Assembly (NCBI GenBank): GCA_965203175.1
Contig: OZ241867.1
Span: forward strand, 4,192,001 to 4,256,000
Source of the DNA: Candidatus Latescibacterota bacterium
GTDB taxonomy: Bacteria; Latescibacterota; UBA2968; UBA8231
Length of the DNA: 64,000 bases
Direction: 5' to 3'
Part shown: positions 29,477-39,589 of the stretch, piece by piece
How positions within the stretch are numbered: position 1 is the stretch's first letter
Layout of the letters: each line of letters starts with the position of its first letter
Made by a program: the position numbers and the translations under genes
The notes under the pieces: generated by a model
What the model was told of the DNA's origin: nothing
Database searches by the model: none
Seen by the model: the letters and a program-made list of their open reading frames with translations, nothing else

Positions 29477-30463
29477 TTACTCCTTTAGCCACGCTTTGAC
29501 CCGTGGGTGGTCGAGGACCTCTGGATTGAGGATGTGTTCGGGCTGGCGGCCGGCGATGGCGGCTGAGATTTGCTCGATGCCTTTGGCGTCGAGGCGCATG
29601 GTGGATTCGACCGTAATGCCAGCGTTGTGGTTGGTGCAGATGATGCGCGGGTGGTCCTTGTGGATGGCGCGGGTGTCGTTGACTGGATCGTCCACCACGT
29701 AGTAGTAGAGTTTTTCTTCCTCAATGGCGCGGTGGACGTCCTCGTCGTTGACGAGATTGCCGCGCGAGGGATTGATCAGCGAGGCGTGGGGCTGCATCAG
29801 GCTGAGCAGGTCGTAGTGGACGATGGTGTCGTCTCCCGAGACGTGGAGCGAAACCGTGTCGCACTCGCGAAAGAGCGCTTCGGGCGAGTCGGCGACTTCG
29901 GCCCCGTATTGGGCGGCGATGTCGGCGATGTCGGGACGGGTGTCGTACACGAGTAGGCGACCGCCCTCGCCCAAGAGCGGCACGGCGCGTTGAGCCACCT
30001 CTTGGCCTATGCGACCGCAGCCGTACAGGCCGAGGGTGGTGTATTGGGCCTCGTAGGTGCGGATGATAGAGAAGTCTCCTCGGTGGGAGAGGTGATTGAG
30101 GGTATAGACCCGCTTGAGGGTGGCCATCCACTGGGCAATGGCGTATTCGGCGACCGCGTCCATGTGAACCGGCGTCACGGTGATGATTACGCCGTAGCGG
30201 GTAGCTCCTGGGATATTGACTTTGTCAAAACCGACGCCCCAGCGGGCGACGATGCGCAAATCCTCGGCCGCTTCGTAAAATTCGTCCGTATAGACCGATG
30301 AACTGGCGATAGAGGCGATGAGGTTGGGAGCGTGTTCGGCGGTGAGAACGGCTGGCTCTGGGACGAGGGTGCCCAAGGAGCGGAGGTGTTCGAGGCCCTG
30401 TTCTCGCTCGCTGGAGGCGAATTCGGCGTTTCGAAACTGAGCGGTGAGCATGATGTTCGGCAT
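29477..30463 (-). CDS. D-isomer-specific 2-hydroxyacid dehydrogenase family
   Basis: ARWGVGFD, GCGRIG, INPSRG. Confidence 0.85.
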   Translation of the reverse strand: MPNIMLTAQFRNAEFASSEREQGLEHLRSLGTLVPEPAVLTAEHAPNLIASIASSSVYTDEFYEAAEDLRIVARWGVGFDKVNIPGATRYGVIITVTPVHMDAVAEYAIAQWMATLKRVYTLNHLSHRGDFSIIRTYEAQYTTLGLYGCGRIGQEVAQRAVPLLGEGGRLLVYDTRPDIADIAAQYGAEVADSPEALFRECDTVSLHVSGDDTIVHYDLLSLMQPHASLINPSRGNLVNDEDVHRAIEEEKLYYYVVDDPVNDTRAIHKDHPRIICTNHNAGITVESTMRLDAKGIEQISAAIAGRQPEHILNPEVLDHPRVKAWLKE

Positions 30464-30488
30464 GTGTATTCCTTTCTACTACAATGGA

Positions 30489-31349
30489 TTAATCTACTTC
30501 ATCTGCGGCTGGAATTGAATCCATCGCCCCTGGTCGGGTGACGCAGAGAGCGGCGGCCTGCACCGCGCGGGTCATGGCGTCTCGCGCGGTCATGGCGGTG
30601 GTCAGGCCCTGGAGAAAATAGCCGATGAAGGTGTCTCCCGCACCTGTCGTATCGACTGCTTCGACATGCGGCACCGGGAGGTGGAATTCCTCGGTTGGGG
30701 AGCGATACTGGGCACCAGCGGCCCCCAGCGTGAGCGCGATTTGGGCACTAGGACAAAGCGCGGCCAGCGCAGCGAGTTCAGGTGCGCTGGCAAGGCCGGA
30801 AGCCTCGGTTTCATTGACGATGAGCAAATCGATCAATTCGAGGGGATACGCGCGAACTTCCGGGCCAAAGGGCGCGGGGTTTAAGCATATCGTCAGGCCC
30901 CGCTCAGAGGCTGAGGTGATGATGTAGGCGATGTCGTTTATCTCATTCTGCAAGAGGAGGATATCCTCTCGGTCGAAACGGGATAATGCGGCGTCTATGT
31001 CCCCTCTGTCTATTTGGGCATTGGCCCCGGCAAAGAGGACGATGCTGTTTTGGCCGTGGCGGTCAACTTGGATAATGGCGTGGCCGGTAGGTACGTCCCC
31101 AACGCGGATGTGCTGCACATCCACGCCCAGCCCAGCCAATTTATCGACTAGCCATTGCCCGTCTGGCCCGACTTGGCCGGCGTGGAAGACGCGCGCACCA
31201 GCGCGGGCAAGGGCCGCTGATTGATTGGCACCTTTGCCGCCAGCAAAAACTTGGTGGGACGAGCTGGCGATGGTCTCGCCCGGGCGGGCGATGTGTTCGA
31301 CTTGGTAAACGAGGTCGATGTTGAGCGAGCCAAAGTTGAGGATGTTCAT
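30489..31349 (-). CDS. Ribokinase/PfkB-family sugar kinase
   Basis: GSLNID, GGKGANQ, NETEA, DTTGAGDTF. Confidence 0.9.
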   Translation of the reverse strand: MNILNFGSLNIDLVYQVEHIARPGETIASSSHQVFAGGKGANQSAALARAGARVFHAGQVGPDGQWLVDKLAGLGVDVQHIRVGDVPTGHAIIQVDRHGQNSIVLFAGANAQIDRGDIDAALSRFDREDILLLQNEINDIAYIITSASERGLTICLNPAPFGPEVRAYPLELIDLLIVNETEASGLASAPELAALAALCPSAQIALTLGAAGAQYRSPTEEFHLPVPHVEAVDTTGAGDTFIGYFLQGLTTAMTARDAMTRAVQAAALCVTRPGAMDSIPAADEVD

Positions 31350-32089
31350 CCAGCCGTTGCTTCGCGGTAGGCGGCTTGTGCCGTAGCTTCCAAAAACCGC
31401 ATGTCGTTGCTGAAGTCGATGAACTGGAAGCCCTCGGCGACGCGCCGCTTGACTTCGGCGGAATCCTTGACGGGGATGCCGCTGGGTTTGCCGGCTTTGG
31501 CGCAGCCGGCGCGAAAAGCCTGTAAGGCGGCCTCGTGATCGGGGTGGCCGGCGGCGACGCCCATGGACATGGCTAGGTCGCCTGGTCCGAGGAAGCCGAT
31601 ATCGACGCCTTCGACGCGGGCGATGGCCTCGGCGTTTTCAATGCCCTCCATGTCCTCGATCTGCGGGATACAGAGGACGGCGTCGTCAAAGCTCTGGCGA
31701 TAGTCCGGGGCCAATGTGACGCAGCGGCCCGTGCCCACCGACCGATTGCCACGCGGTGGATAGCGCACGGCTTGGGCTAGTTTTTCAGCCTGCTCTGGGG
31801 TGCTGACGTGCGGGAAGACCAAGCCCCAGGCTCCGGCGTCGAGCAGGCGGGCGGCCGTGGTCGGGTCGTGGTCCCAGGCGCGGGCCAAGGGTAGGGCACC
31901 CCGCGCCTCAATGGCGCGGAAGGTATGGGCTATATGGCCGAGATCAAAGGCCGAATGCTCGGCATCGACCACCAGCCATTTGAAGCCGGCCGCAGCCATG
32001 ACTTCGGCGGCCAGCGGCGAGGTTAGGTTGAGCCAAGAGCCGATAGAAGGCTGCCCGGCGGCAAGTTGTTCTTTGATAGGATTTTGCAT
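31346..32089 (-). CDS. HpcH/HpaI aldolase family
   Basis: VDAEHS, LDAGA, RYPPRG.R, QIE, GPGDL. Confidence 0.88.
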   Translation of the reverse strand: MQNPIKEQLAAGQPSIGSWLNLTSPLAAEVMAAAGFKWLVVDAEHSAFDLGHIAHTFRAIEARGALPLARAWDHDPTTAARLLDAGAWGLVFPHVSTPEQAEKLAQAVRYPPRGNRSVGTGRCVTLAPDYRQSFDDAVLCIPQIEDMEGIENAEAIARVEGVDIGFLGPGDLAMSMGVAAGHPDHEAALQAFRAGCAKAGKPSGIPVKDSAEVKRRVAEGFQFIDFSNDMRFLEATAQAAYREATAG

Positions 32090-32174
32090 GGGATACCTAA
32101 TCTGTGGATGTATGTAATTGAGTTTGAGGTCTAAGGGACGGCAGCGAGTGCTTTACTCAGAAGGCGTGGTATGT

Positions 32175-32381
32175 TTACACCTCGACTAGGGCGACGGAAG
32201 TTTGCGGTTCAGGTACTGGGTCGCCGTGCTCCCGCAGCGATTCCAAGTGCATGATGATCGCTTCGCGGATCAATTCCTCCACTTCGACCTGCGAATCTCC
32301 GGCGGCGATGCAGCCCGGCAAATCGGGCGCGTAAGCCGAGTAGCCGTTGTCGGTCTTTTCGATGACGACACTGTATTTCAT
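32175..32381 (-). CDS. hicB: HicB-family antitoxin (short)
   Basis: YSAYAPDLPGCIAAGD...EAI..HLE...PVPEP. Confidence 0.88.
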   Translation of the reverse strand: MKYSVVIEKTDNGYSAYAPDLPGCIAAGDSQVEVEELIREAIIMHLESLREHGDPVPEPQTSVALVEV

Positions 32382-32383
32382 GG

Positions 32384-32581
32384 TTATTCTCCTCTGCCGA
32401 GTCCAGCCTGTTTCAGAATACTGTTCCAAGTTTTAGGTGCCAAATCCTTGTTCATCTTGCCTGCTATCGTAACCGTCCCCGATTTCTCAGGGTGCCGATA
32501 TTGCCGGTGGCTTCCACGAGTACGGTCCAACCTCCAGCCGTCTCGCTTTACGATCCGTATCGCATCCCTAACTTTTGGCAT
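32384..32581 (-). CDS. hicA: HicA-family toxin
   Basis: DGW...RGSHRQYRHP...VTI...SILKQAGL. Confidence 0.9.
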   Translation of the reverse strand: MPKVRDAIRIVKRDGWRLDRTRGSHRQYRHPEKSGTVTIAGKMNKDLAPKTWNSILKQAGLGRGE

Positions 32582-32632
32582 ACCCTAGCCCCACAAGCCA
32601 CCTTCCACGAGTTGCTATCGCGGTTAAAGGGC

Positions 32633-33769
32633 CTAGTCAGCAGCAATTAACTCGTCAACTTGATCTTTGAGCACGTCGAGCACTTTGTCGTACGGGAACT
32701 GGCCTATGAGTTGGGGGCCGCGTTTGAGGTTGACGAAGTTGGGGGCGCACCATAGCCCTAAGTCGGCGTCATCGGTCTCGCCTGGGCCGTTGACTCGGCA
32801 GCCCATGACGGCGATGGTGATCTGGTGATCGCGGGCGTACTCGGTCAGCTCGCGCACTTGGTGGGCTAGGTCGATGAAGGCTTCGTTTTCCACCCGCGAG
32901 CAAGAGGGACAGGAGATAATATTCAGCCCGGACGGGAGCAACTTGGGAACCGAGCGGAAGCGGCCTGAGTAAATATCGTCGAGGATCTGTCGTCCGACTT
33001 TGACCTCTTCGCCCTTGTCGTCAAATGGCAAGGTCAGCGAGACGCGAATGGTGTCGCCAATGCCGGCGCTGATGAGCTGTTCAAAGGCAATGCGGGTCTT
33101 GATCACGCCTTCGGGGGGCATCCCGGCCTCGGTGACGCCAAGGTGCAGCGGCACATCGGGCCGCTCTTGGGCAAAGCGGGTGTTGGCGGCAATGACCTTG
33201 GCCGGATCGGAGTCCTTGAGCGAGACGCAGTAGCGCGTAAAGCCCAAATCATCGAGCAACTCGCAGTGCTCTAGGGCCGAGGCGATCATGGGCGAGATGG
33301 AGTCGTCGGCCGGAAAGCGCTCGGCTTGGGCCGGATCGACCGAGCCGCAGTTGACTCCCACGCGCAGGGCGCAGTCGTGCTTGGCGGCCTCGTCCGCAAT
33401 AAAGGCGACCTTGTCGGCGACCGGCTTGTCCTTTTCGTGATGGTAGAGGTGCCCGGGGTTGTAGCGTATTTTCTCCACGTGCGGTGCCACGCTGCGCACC
33501 AAGCGGTAGTTTTCTTGCAAATCCACGGACAGAGGCACGTCAACCGTCGGCGCTATTTGGGCGAGGGCTTCCACGTCTTTTTTGCTATCTACGGCCACGC
33601 GGATGACGTCTGCCCCGGCCTCGGCTAAGAGCCGGAGTTGGCGGATGGTCGCCTCTGTGTCTTGGGTGCGAGTAGCGGCCATGCTTTGCACGGCAATGAG
33701 GTGATCGCCGCCAATGGTCGTGCGGCCGATTTGCACCTCGCGGGTGGGATTTCTCGTCGTTGGATTCAT
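32633..33769 (-). CDS. ispG: 4-hydroxy-3-methylbut-2-enyl diphosphate synthase
   Basis: [41 protein letters not shown]. Confidence 0.93.
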   Translation of the reverse strand: MNPTTRNPTREVQIGRTTIGGDHLIAVQSMAATRTQDTEATIRQLRLLAEAGADVIRVAVDSKKDVEALAQIAPTVDVPLSVDLQENYRLVRSVAPHVEKIRYNPGHLYHHEKDKPVADKVAFIADEAAKHDCALRVGVNCGSVDPAQAERFPADDSISPMIASALEHCELLDDLGFTRYCVSLKDSDPAKVIAANTRFAQERPDVPLHLGVTEAGMPPEGVIKTRIAFEQLISAGIGDTIRVSLTLPFDDKGEEVKVGRQILDDIYSGRFRSVPKLLPSGLNIISCPSCSRVENEAFIDLAHQVRELTEYARDHQITIAVMGCRVNGPGETDDADLGLWCAPNFVNLKRGPQLIGQFPYDKVLDVLKDQVDELIAAD

Positions 33770-33905
33770 GTCCCAAAAGTTAAATGTGAGGTCCTGTTTG
33801 TCAAAGGAAGAAGGCGGCAGTGGGGCGTTGTCTCTTGCTGGAAACGCGCCTCTTTGTGTATTTGTGTATGTTGTAGTGCATTCAATTGATTAAGGAGTTT
33901 TTGCA

Positions 33906-33998
33906 GTGAAAGTATTGGTACTAAGAGCCGCTGGTTTTGTGAGGAGCGCGCTAGCCCTGTCGCTGGCGCAGGGAGATGGGCGCGACCGTGCCGTCTAA
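33906..33998 (+). pseudogene. Decayed N-terminal remnant of an NAD-dependent epimerase/dehydratase
   Basis: AAGGAG RBS then VKVLVLRAAGFVRSALALSLAQG; matches MKVLVxGAAGFVGS with two Gly-to-Arg changes. Confidence 0.6.
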
Positions 33999-35142
33999 AG
34001 TGCCCCAGACAAGGCCCTGTATCCCCGAGGAGGACGTGGCCGCGCTGCTCGAGGATTTTGCCCAGATCCTCCGCAGCGGACGCCTGACGATGGGGCCTTA
34101 CTTGGAGCGGTTTGAGCAGGAGTTTGCCGCGCATGTGGGCGCGGAACACGCCGTGGGCATGAGTTCGGGGACCGCACCGCTGGAGGTGGCCTTGCGCTAT
34201 TGGGGGGTCGAAGGGCGGGAAGTGGTAGTGCCGACGAATACGTTTATTGCCTCGTCTAACGCCGCGCTGTTGGCCGGAGGGCGGTCCGTCCTCTGCGACA
34301 TTGACCCGCAGACCCTGTCGAGCGGTCTGCCGCAGATTGAGGCCCTGGTCGGGGAAAAGACGCGGGCCGTAGTCGCGGTCCACATCGCCGGCCTAATTGC
34401 GCCCGACATCGAGGACATTCGCTCGTTTTGCCGCGCGCGCGAGCTGTTGCTGCTCGAAGACGCGGCCCACGCCCACGGTGCTAGCGCCAACGGTCAACAG
34501 GCCGGGAGTTTAGGCGATGCCGCGGCCTTTTCCTTTTTCCCGACCAAGCCGCTGACGACGGGTGAGGGGGGCATGTTGAGCACCAACGACCGCGATTTGG
34601 CCGACTTTGCGCGAAGCTTCCGCACGCATGGGGTGAGCGCAAAAGGCCGCTCGTTGGAGCGCTTGGGCAACAACTACCGCTTGCCCGAACTGAGCGCGGC
34701 ACTCGGCTTGCGGCAATTGGCGCGGCTGGCCGAACACACCGCCGTGCGCAATCGCCTCGCCACCCGCTACCGGGACGCACTCACGCGATTGGGGTGCGGC
34801 GAGGTACTCTTGCCGGAATTTGCCGGTCGAGTACACGCGTACTACAAGTTTCCCGTGCGCTTGCCCGCCGGGAAAAGACGCGAGTGGGTGGTTGCCCAGT
34901 TGCGCGAGCGCTGGGGGATTGAAGCAGGCAGCGTGTACTGGCCGCCGTGCCACCTGACGCCGTTTTACCAGCGGGAACTAGGCTATGGTCCCGGGGATTT
35001 TCCCGTTGCTGAGGAAGTGCTAGCGCAGGTGGTGAGCTTGCCGATGTTCCCAGACTTGAGCGACGAGGCCGTGGAAATGGTGTGCTGCAGCTTGGCAGAG
35101 GTATTGGCAGAGGCAGAAGGAGATTGTCGTGACGGCAAATAA
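33976..35142 (+). CDS. DegT/DnrJ/EryC1/StrS PLP aminotransferase
   Basis: SSGTA, EDAAHAHG, SFFPTKPLTTGEGG, GNNYR, LPMFP. Confidence 0.92.
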   Translation: MGATVPSKVPQTRPCIPEEDVAALLEDFAQILRSGRLTMGPYLERFEQEFAAHVGAEHAVGMSSGTAPLEVALRYWGVEGREVVVPTNTFIASSNAALLAGGRSVLCDIDPQTLSSGLPQIEALVGEKTRAVVAVHIAGLIAPDIEDIRSFCRARELLLLEDAAHAHGASANGQQAGSLGDAAAFSFFPTKPLTTGEGGMLSTNDRDLADFARSFRTHGVSAKGRSLERLGNNYRLPELSAALGLRQLARLAEHTAVRNRLATRYRDALTRLGCGEVLLPEFAGRVHAYYKFPVRLPAGKRREWVVAQLRERWGIEAGSVYWPPCHLTPFYQRELGYGPGDFPVAEEVLAQVVSLPMFPDLSDEAVEMVCCSLAEVLAEAEGDCRDGK

Positions 35143-35761
35143 CCGAGTTTTGGTGCTCGCGCCGCACACGGATGACGGCGAGCTCGGCTGCGGAGGGACG
35201 ATCAGCCGCATGGTAGAAGAGGGGCGCGAGGTGTACTACGCGGCCTTTTCCACGGCTGCCGAGTCGGTGCCGCCGCCCTTTCCGCCCGACATTCTGGAGA
35301 AGGAGGTGCGGGAGGGGACGAAGGTGCTGGGGATCTCTGCGGCGAATCTGCTGGTCTATAAGTACAAAGTGCGTCACTTGCCCCACATGCGCCAAGAAAT
35401 CCTCGAAGAGTTGGTGAGGATGAAAAGAGAAATTGACCCAGCAACCGTGTTCTTGCCTAGCGCCCAAGATCTGCACCAAGATCACCAGACCGTTCACATT
35501 GAGGGCCTGCGCGCCTTTAAGACGGTCACCGTGCTCGGCTACGAGCTGCCGTGGAACAACTTGAGCTTTGACTATCGACATTTTTGCGTGCTCACTCGCG
35601 AGCATGTTCAGACCAAGATTGCCGCGCTGCGCTGCTACCAGTCGCAACAGCATCGTCCGTACACCCAAGAGGAGTTTATATGGAGCTGGGCGCGGACTAG
35701 GGGTGGGCAGATTATGGTGGAGTACGCCGAGGCATTTGACGTGCTCAGGTGGGTGCGCTGA
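35129..35761 (+). CDS. PIG-L family deacetylase
   Basis: APHTDDGELGCGG, HQDH, YQSQ. Confidence 0.9.
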   Translation: MTANNRVLVLAPHTDDGELGCGGTISRMVEEGREVYYAAFSTAAESVPPPFPPDILEKEVREGTKVLGISAANLLVYKYKVRHLPHMRQEILEELVRMKREIDPATVFLPSAQDLHQDHQTVHIEGLRAFKTVTVLGYELPWNNLSFDYRHFCVLTREHVQTKIAALRCYQSQQHRPYTQEEFIWSWARTRGGQIMVEYAEAFDVLRWVR

Positions 35762-36456
35762 TGAGCCGGGTGCTGGCAGCGCACCAGCCCAACTTCCTGC
35801 CTTGGCTGGGCTTGTTTCACAAGGTGGGGCAAGCCGACGTGTGGGTCTTGGCCGACGATGTGCAATACAGCCGTGGCAGCCTGACCAATCGCAACCGCAT
35901 CCGCACGGCCTCTGGCTGGCAATGGTTGACCGTGCCAGTCTTGACGCGAGGCCGGGGCCAGCAGCGAATATGCGATGTGCAAATCCCGCCCGACGGCGAT
36001 TGGCACCGCAAGCACTGCCAATCCCTGCGCTGGCACTACGGCCACGCACCCTTTTTCGACGCGTACGCCCCAGCCATAGAGGACCTATACGCGAGTGCGT
36101 GGACCCAGTTGCTCGACTTAAACGTAGCTCTGCTGCGCCACCTGTTGCAGCTCTTGGACTTGGAGGTCGAAGTTCGCTTTAGCTCGCAGATGGACCTGCG
36201 GGAAGAGCGGACCTTGCGCTTGGTGGATATGACCCAGGCGTGCGACTGTCAGGTATACCTAGCGGGAGAAGGGGCTTCGAAGGCGTATTTGGACGCTGAG
36301 GCATTTGCCGCAGCCGGCCTTGAATGCCGCTTTACCGAGTTTGAACACCCGGTGTACCCCCAGTGTCACGAGGGTTTTGTCGCTGAGATGTCGGTGTTGG
36401 ATTTGCTGTTTAATTGCGGCCCGCAAAGCCGGGAGGTGCTCTTTGGCTGCGCCTGA
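35761..36456 (+). CDS. WbqC-family protein
   Basis: HQPNFLPWLG, DDVQY, NRNRI, LTVPV, SVLDLLFNCGP. Confidence 0.9.
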   Translation: MSRVLAAHQPNFLPWLGLFHKVGQADVWVLADDVQYSRGSLTNRNRIRTASGWQWLTVPVLTRGRGQQRICDVQIPPDGDWHRKHCQSLRWHYGHAPFFDAYAPAIEDLYASAWTQLLDLNVALLRHLLQLLDLEVEVRFSSQMDLREERTLRLVDMTQACDCQVYLAGEGASKAYLDAEAFAAAGLECRFTEFEHPVYPQCHEGFVAEMSVLDLLFNCGPQSREVLFGCA

Positions 36457-37603
36457 GGTGTACCACCTGACGAATGTCCACAGCCCGTTTGACGCGCGGA
36501 TTTTCTACAAACAAGCGCAGACATTGGCGCGTGCGGGCTACGCGGTGACAGTGGTGGGGCCAGGGCCGGAGGAATGGTGTGGAGAGCGAGCAGGGGTGCG
36601 CGTGCAGACCGTGCCGGTGGCACGAGGGACTGGCCAGCGGATTTTGAACTTGTGGCGCTTGCTGCGGTTCGGGTTGGGTGCGGATGCTGCTTGTTTCCAC
36701 TTCCACGATCCTGAACTGTTGCCGGTGGGTGCGGTGCTCAAGCTCTGCGGTCGCCGGGTCATCTACGACGTCCACGAGCACTTTCCACTGGTGGCCATGG
36801 TGCGGCCGTGGGTGCCCGAGCGGCTGCGACGGCCCCTTGCGCGATTGGTTGATTGGGGGGAACGCGCGATTGCTCGCTACTTTGTCACCGCCGTGGTCGG
36901 AGTGGTCGAAGAGCAAGGCGACCGCTTTGCCAGCCGCCCCTTTGCGGTGGTGAAGAACTACCCGCGCTTGGAGTGGTTTTCCCCCGGCTGCGGCGAGCTA
37001 GGGCCTTGTGCGCTGGTCCACATTGGCTCGCTATCCGAAGATCGGGGCGGGCTGTTTCTGCTCGAAATCATGCGCGAACTGGCCAAGACCCATCCGCAGG
37101 TCCGCCTCTTGAGCGTCGGGGCGTTTCACTCGCAGGAGTTGCGGGAGCGGTTCGAGTCCCGTCGGCGCGAGTGGGGGCTGGAAGAGCAGATACACTACAG
37201 TGAAAAGCGCGTGCCGTACGACGAATTAGGGGCGGCGATCGCCGCGTGCCAGATCGGCTTGGTACCGGGGCAGATCTCGCCCAAGAATTTGGCCTCCTTC
37301 GTGCCGACCAAGCTCTTTGAGTACCTCGCCTGCGGCTTGCCCGTAGTCGCTAGCGACTTACCTTCCATACGTAGGTTTCTCGCGGTCGCAGATTGGGGTT
37401 TGCTCGCAGATCCGAGCGACCCGGTAGCCCATGCGCGCGCCATCGGGTGCTTGCTCGACGACCCGGTAGCAGCGCAGGTCAAGGGAACGCAGGCGCGGCA
37501 AGCTGCTGAAGAGCATTTTAACTGGGAGGCCGAGGGCGAGAAGCTGCTGGCACTTTACGAGCGGATTGTACCGCGGAAAGGGGTTAGGGAATGCGTTGGT
37601 TAG
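36443..37603 (+). CDS. Glycosyltransferase family 4
   Basis: D.RIFYK, HFHDPEL, YDVHE, PTKLFEYLACGLPVVASD; TTG start after GGAGG inferred. Confidence 0.88.
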   Translation: MAAPEVYHLTNVHSPFDARIFYKQAQTLARAGYAVTVVGPGPEEWCGERAGVRVQTVPVARGTGQRILNLWRLLRFGLGADAACFHFHDPELLPVGAVLKLCGRRVIYDVHEHFPLVAMVRPWVPERLRRPLARLVDWGERAIARYFVTAVVGVVEEQGDRFASRPFAVVKNYPRLEWFSPGCGELGPCALVHIGSLSEDRGGLFLLEIMRELAKTHPQVRLLSVGAFHSQELRERFESRRREWGLEEQIHYSEKRVPYDELGAAIAACQIGLVPGQISPKNLASFVPTKLFEYLACGLPVVASDLPSIRRFLAVADWGLLADPSDPVAHARAIGCLLDDPVAAQVKGTQARQAAEEHFNWEAEGEKLLALYERIVPRKGVRECVG

Positions 37604-38403
37604 TAATGGGCCTGTTGGCCCTGTGTTGGGCAGGCGAGGTCTGGGCGGGGGCTTGGAGCCAGCCTCGCGGCGGCTACTACGCCAAGCTCTCGGGGATCCA
37701 CTACTCGACTACTGAGGTATTTAACGACATGGGCAACCGTGCGCTCATGGGCATGGACGATAATCAATTCCGCGCCCGCCAAGTCCTCGCCTACGGCGAG
37801 TACGGGTTGCGCGAGCGGTTGACGCTGACCGGGCAGGTCGGCGCGGGCAGGTTGGTGTCTGAGGATAGCTTTGTCGAGCGCATTACTTGGGGGCTGGGCG
37901 ATGTGCATCTCGGCGCGAAATACCAGCTTACCGGAGGCAGGCTGGTGTTGTCGCCGCAGGTCGATGTCGCGTTCCCGAGTGGGTACAACCGAGATTACGA
38001 CCCAGCCCTTGGCACTGGTTATTCCGAACAGGGAGCGCGGCTCTTGGCGGGGTTGTCTCTCTACCCGCTGCCGCTCTACGCGGGTGGTGAGGTGGGGTAC
38101 AAGCTGCGCGGCGGTCCGTTTTCCAATCAGGTGTCCTATTTTGTCGAGTTGGGAGCTACTCCGCGTCCGTGGCTATTTGCCAAGGGCTTTGTCGCCAGTG
38201 TGTACACGCTCGCGGCGGACTCGGAGGGGGGAGTGGTCGGAGTAGTGCAGGTTTCAGAAGGGGATTTCACCGAAGTAGGTGGCAATGTGGCCGTGCAGGT
38301 GGCAGGCCCGCTGTGGATCGACTTGTTGTGGAAGTCGGTTTTCAAGGGCGAGAACATCGGGGCCGGATCGTCGTTGGGCCTAGGGTTGGCCCTCATTCGC
38401 TGA
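37591..38403 (+). CDS. Probable outer-membrane beta-barrel protein, function unknown
   Basis: Signal peptide, AGAW.Q..G, YGEYGL, GLGD, amphipathic strands. Confidence 0.6.
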   Translation: MRWLVMGLLALCWAGEVWAGAWSQPRGGYYAKLSGIHYSTTEVFNDMGNRALMGMDDNQFRARQVLAYGEYGLRERLTLTGQVGAGRLVSEDSFVERITWGLGDVHLGAKYQLTGGRLVLSPQVDVAFPSGYNRDYDPALGTGYSEQGARLLAGLSLYPLPLYAGGEVGYKLRGGPFSNQVSYFVELGATPRPWLFAKGFVASVYTLAADSEGGVVGVVQVSEGDFTEVGGNVAVQVAGPLWIDLLWKSVFKGENIGAGSSLGLGLALIR

Positions 38404-38413
38404 AGGAGTTGTC

Positions 38414-39580
38414 ATGAACAGATCAACTAGACGTCAGTTTCTCAAGTCGAGCGGGGCGGTTATCGCCACCGCGATTTTCCCCACTTGGGGTTGCGACGGC
38501 AACGAGGTGCGCATCAAGAGCATGCCCACCGGGCCGGACATGGACATTATGGACATGGACATGGAAGAGATGTCCGTGGAAGAGATGGCAGACATGCTAC
38601 CGCTGCCGCCGATTACTTCCAATGCGCGGCACTATCTCCAGTCGATTAAGGGGAAAAATTACGACCCGAAGATCTCGGACAATAGTTGGCGCTTGGCGGT
38701 GGATGGATTGGTGGACCAGCCCCGCGCGGATTGGACGTACGAGGAGATTACCGAGCTGCCCATGCAGCGGCAGGTCTTGACCATGCAGTGCATTGGCAAC
38801 TGGATTGGCGGGCCATTGGTGGGCAATGCCGAGTGGGGCGGTACGCCGCTGTCCAACGTGCTAGACCTAGCCGGGATCAGGAGCGAGGCGATCCGAGTCA
38901 AGTTTTACAGCGACAGCTCCGATGGCTATACCACGTCGATTCCGCTAGAGCGGGCGCTGCGCGACGAGGTGATTCTCGCTTGGGAAATGAATGGCGAGCC
39001 ACTGCCGTCTAAGCACGGATTTCCCCTGCGCTTGATAAACCCCGGGCACTACGGCCAGAAGATGCCCAAATGGATCACCCGTATCGAGTTGATCGATCAC
39101 GCCTATCTCGGCTATTGGGAAAGCAAGCCCGAGAACAAGTCCATCAAGTGGTCGGACCCGGCCGTAGCGACCGTGAATTCGCGGATTGACGCGCCCCTCT
39201 CGGTGTGGGACGATGTGAAAGATCCAGACAACGGCGGCGTTACAAGGGTGCTGCAAACCATTCGCGGAGTCGAAGGCAGCCCTTTTATTATTCACGGGAT
39301 CGCCATGGCCGGCGAGCGCACGATCGAATCGGTTAAGGTCAGCACCAATGGCGGGCGGGCTTGGCACGAGGCGCAGATTACCACCCAGCGCTTGCCCAAC
39401 ATTTGGGTCAGGTGGGCCTACGAATGGAAATTGCCCGCGTCGGGCGAGTACGAGATTGTTGCGCGGGCAACGGATAGCGAGGGGAAATCTCAGCCGCGGA
39501 CCGACGCTGGAGTCGATCTGTACGATGGCCGCACAGGCTGGCATCGCGTGCCAGTGAAGGTCGCTAGCAGAGCAGGGTGA
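38414..39580 (+). CDS. Tat-exported sulfite-oxidase-family molybdopterin oxidoreductase
   Basis: TRRQFLK, TWGC lipobox, Mo-ligand TMQCIGN, MNGEPLP..HGFPLRL..PG.YG.K..KW, C-terminal Ig-like dimerisation domain. Confidence 0.88.
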   Translation: MNRSTRRQFLKSSGAVIATAIFPTWGCDGNEVRIKSMPTGPDMDIMDMDMEEMSVEEMADMLPLPPITSNARHYLQSIKGKNYDPKISDNSWRLAVDGLVDQPRADWTYEEITELPMQRQVLTMQCIGNWIGGPLVGNAEWGGTPLSNVLDLAGIRSEAIRVKFYSDSSDGYTTSIPLERALRDEVILAWEMNGEPLPSKHGFPLRLINPGHYGQKMPKWITRIELIDHAYLGYWESKPENKSIKWSDPAVATVNSRIDAPLSVWDDVKDPDNGGVTRVLQTIRGVEGSPFIIHGIAMAGERTIESVKVSTNGGRAWHEAQITTQRLPNIWVRWAYEWKLPASGEYEIVARATDSEGKSQPRTDAGVDLYDGRTGWHRVPVKVASRAG

Positions 39581-39589
39581 GCAGAGCGT

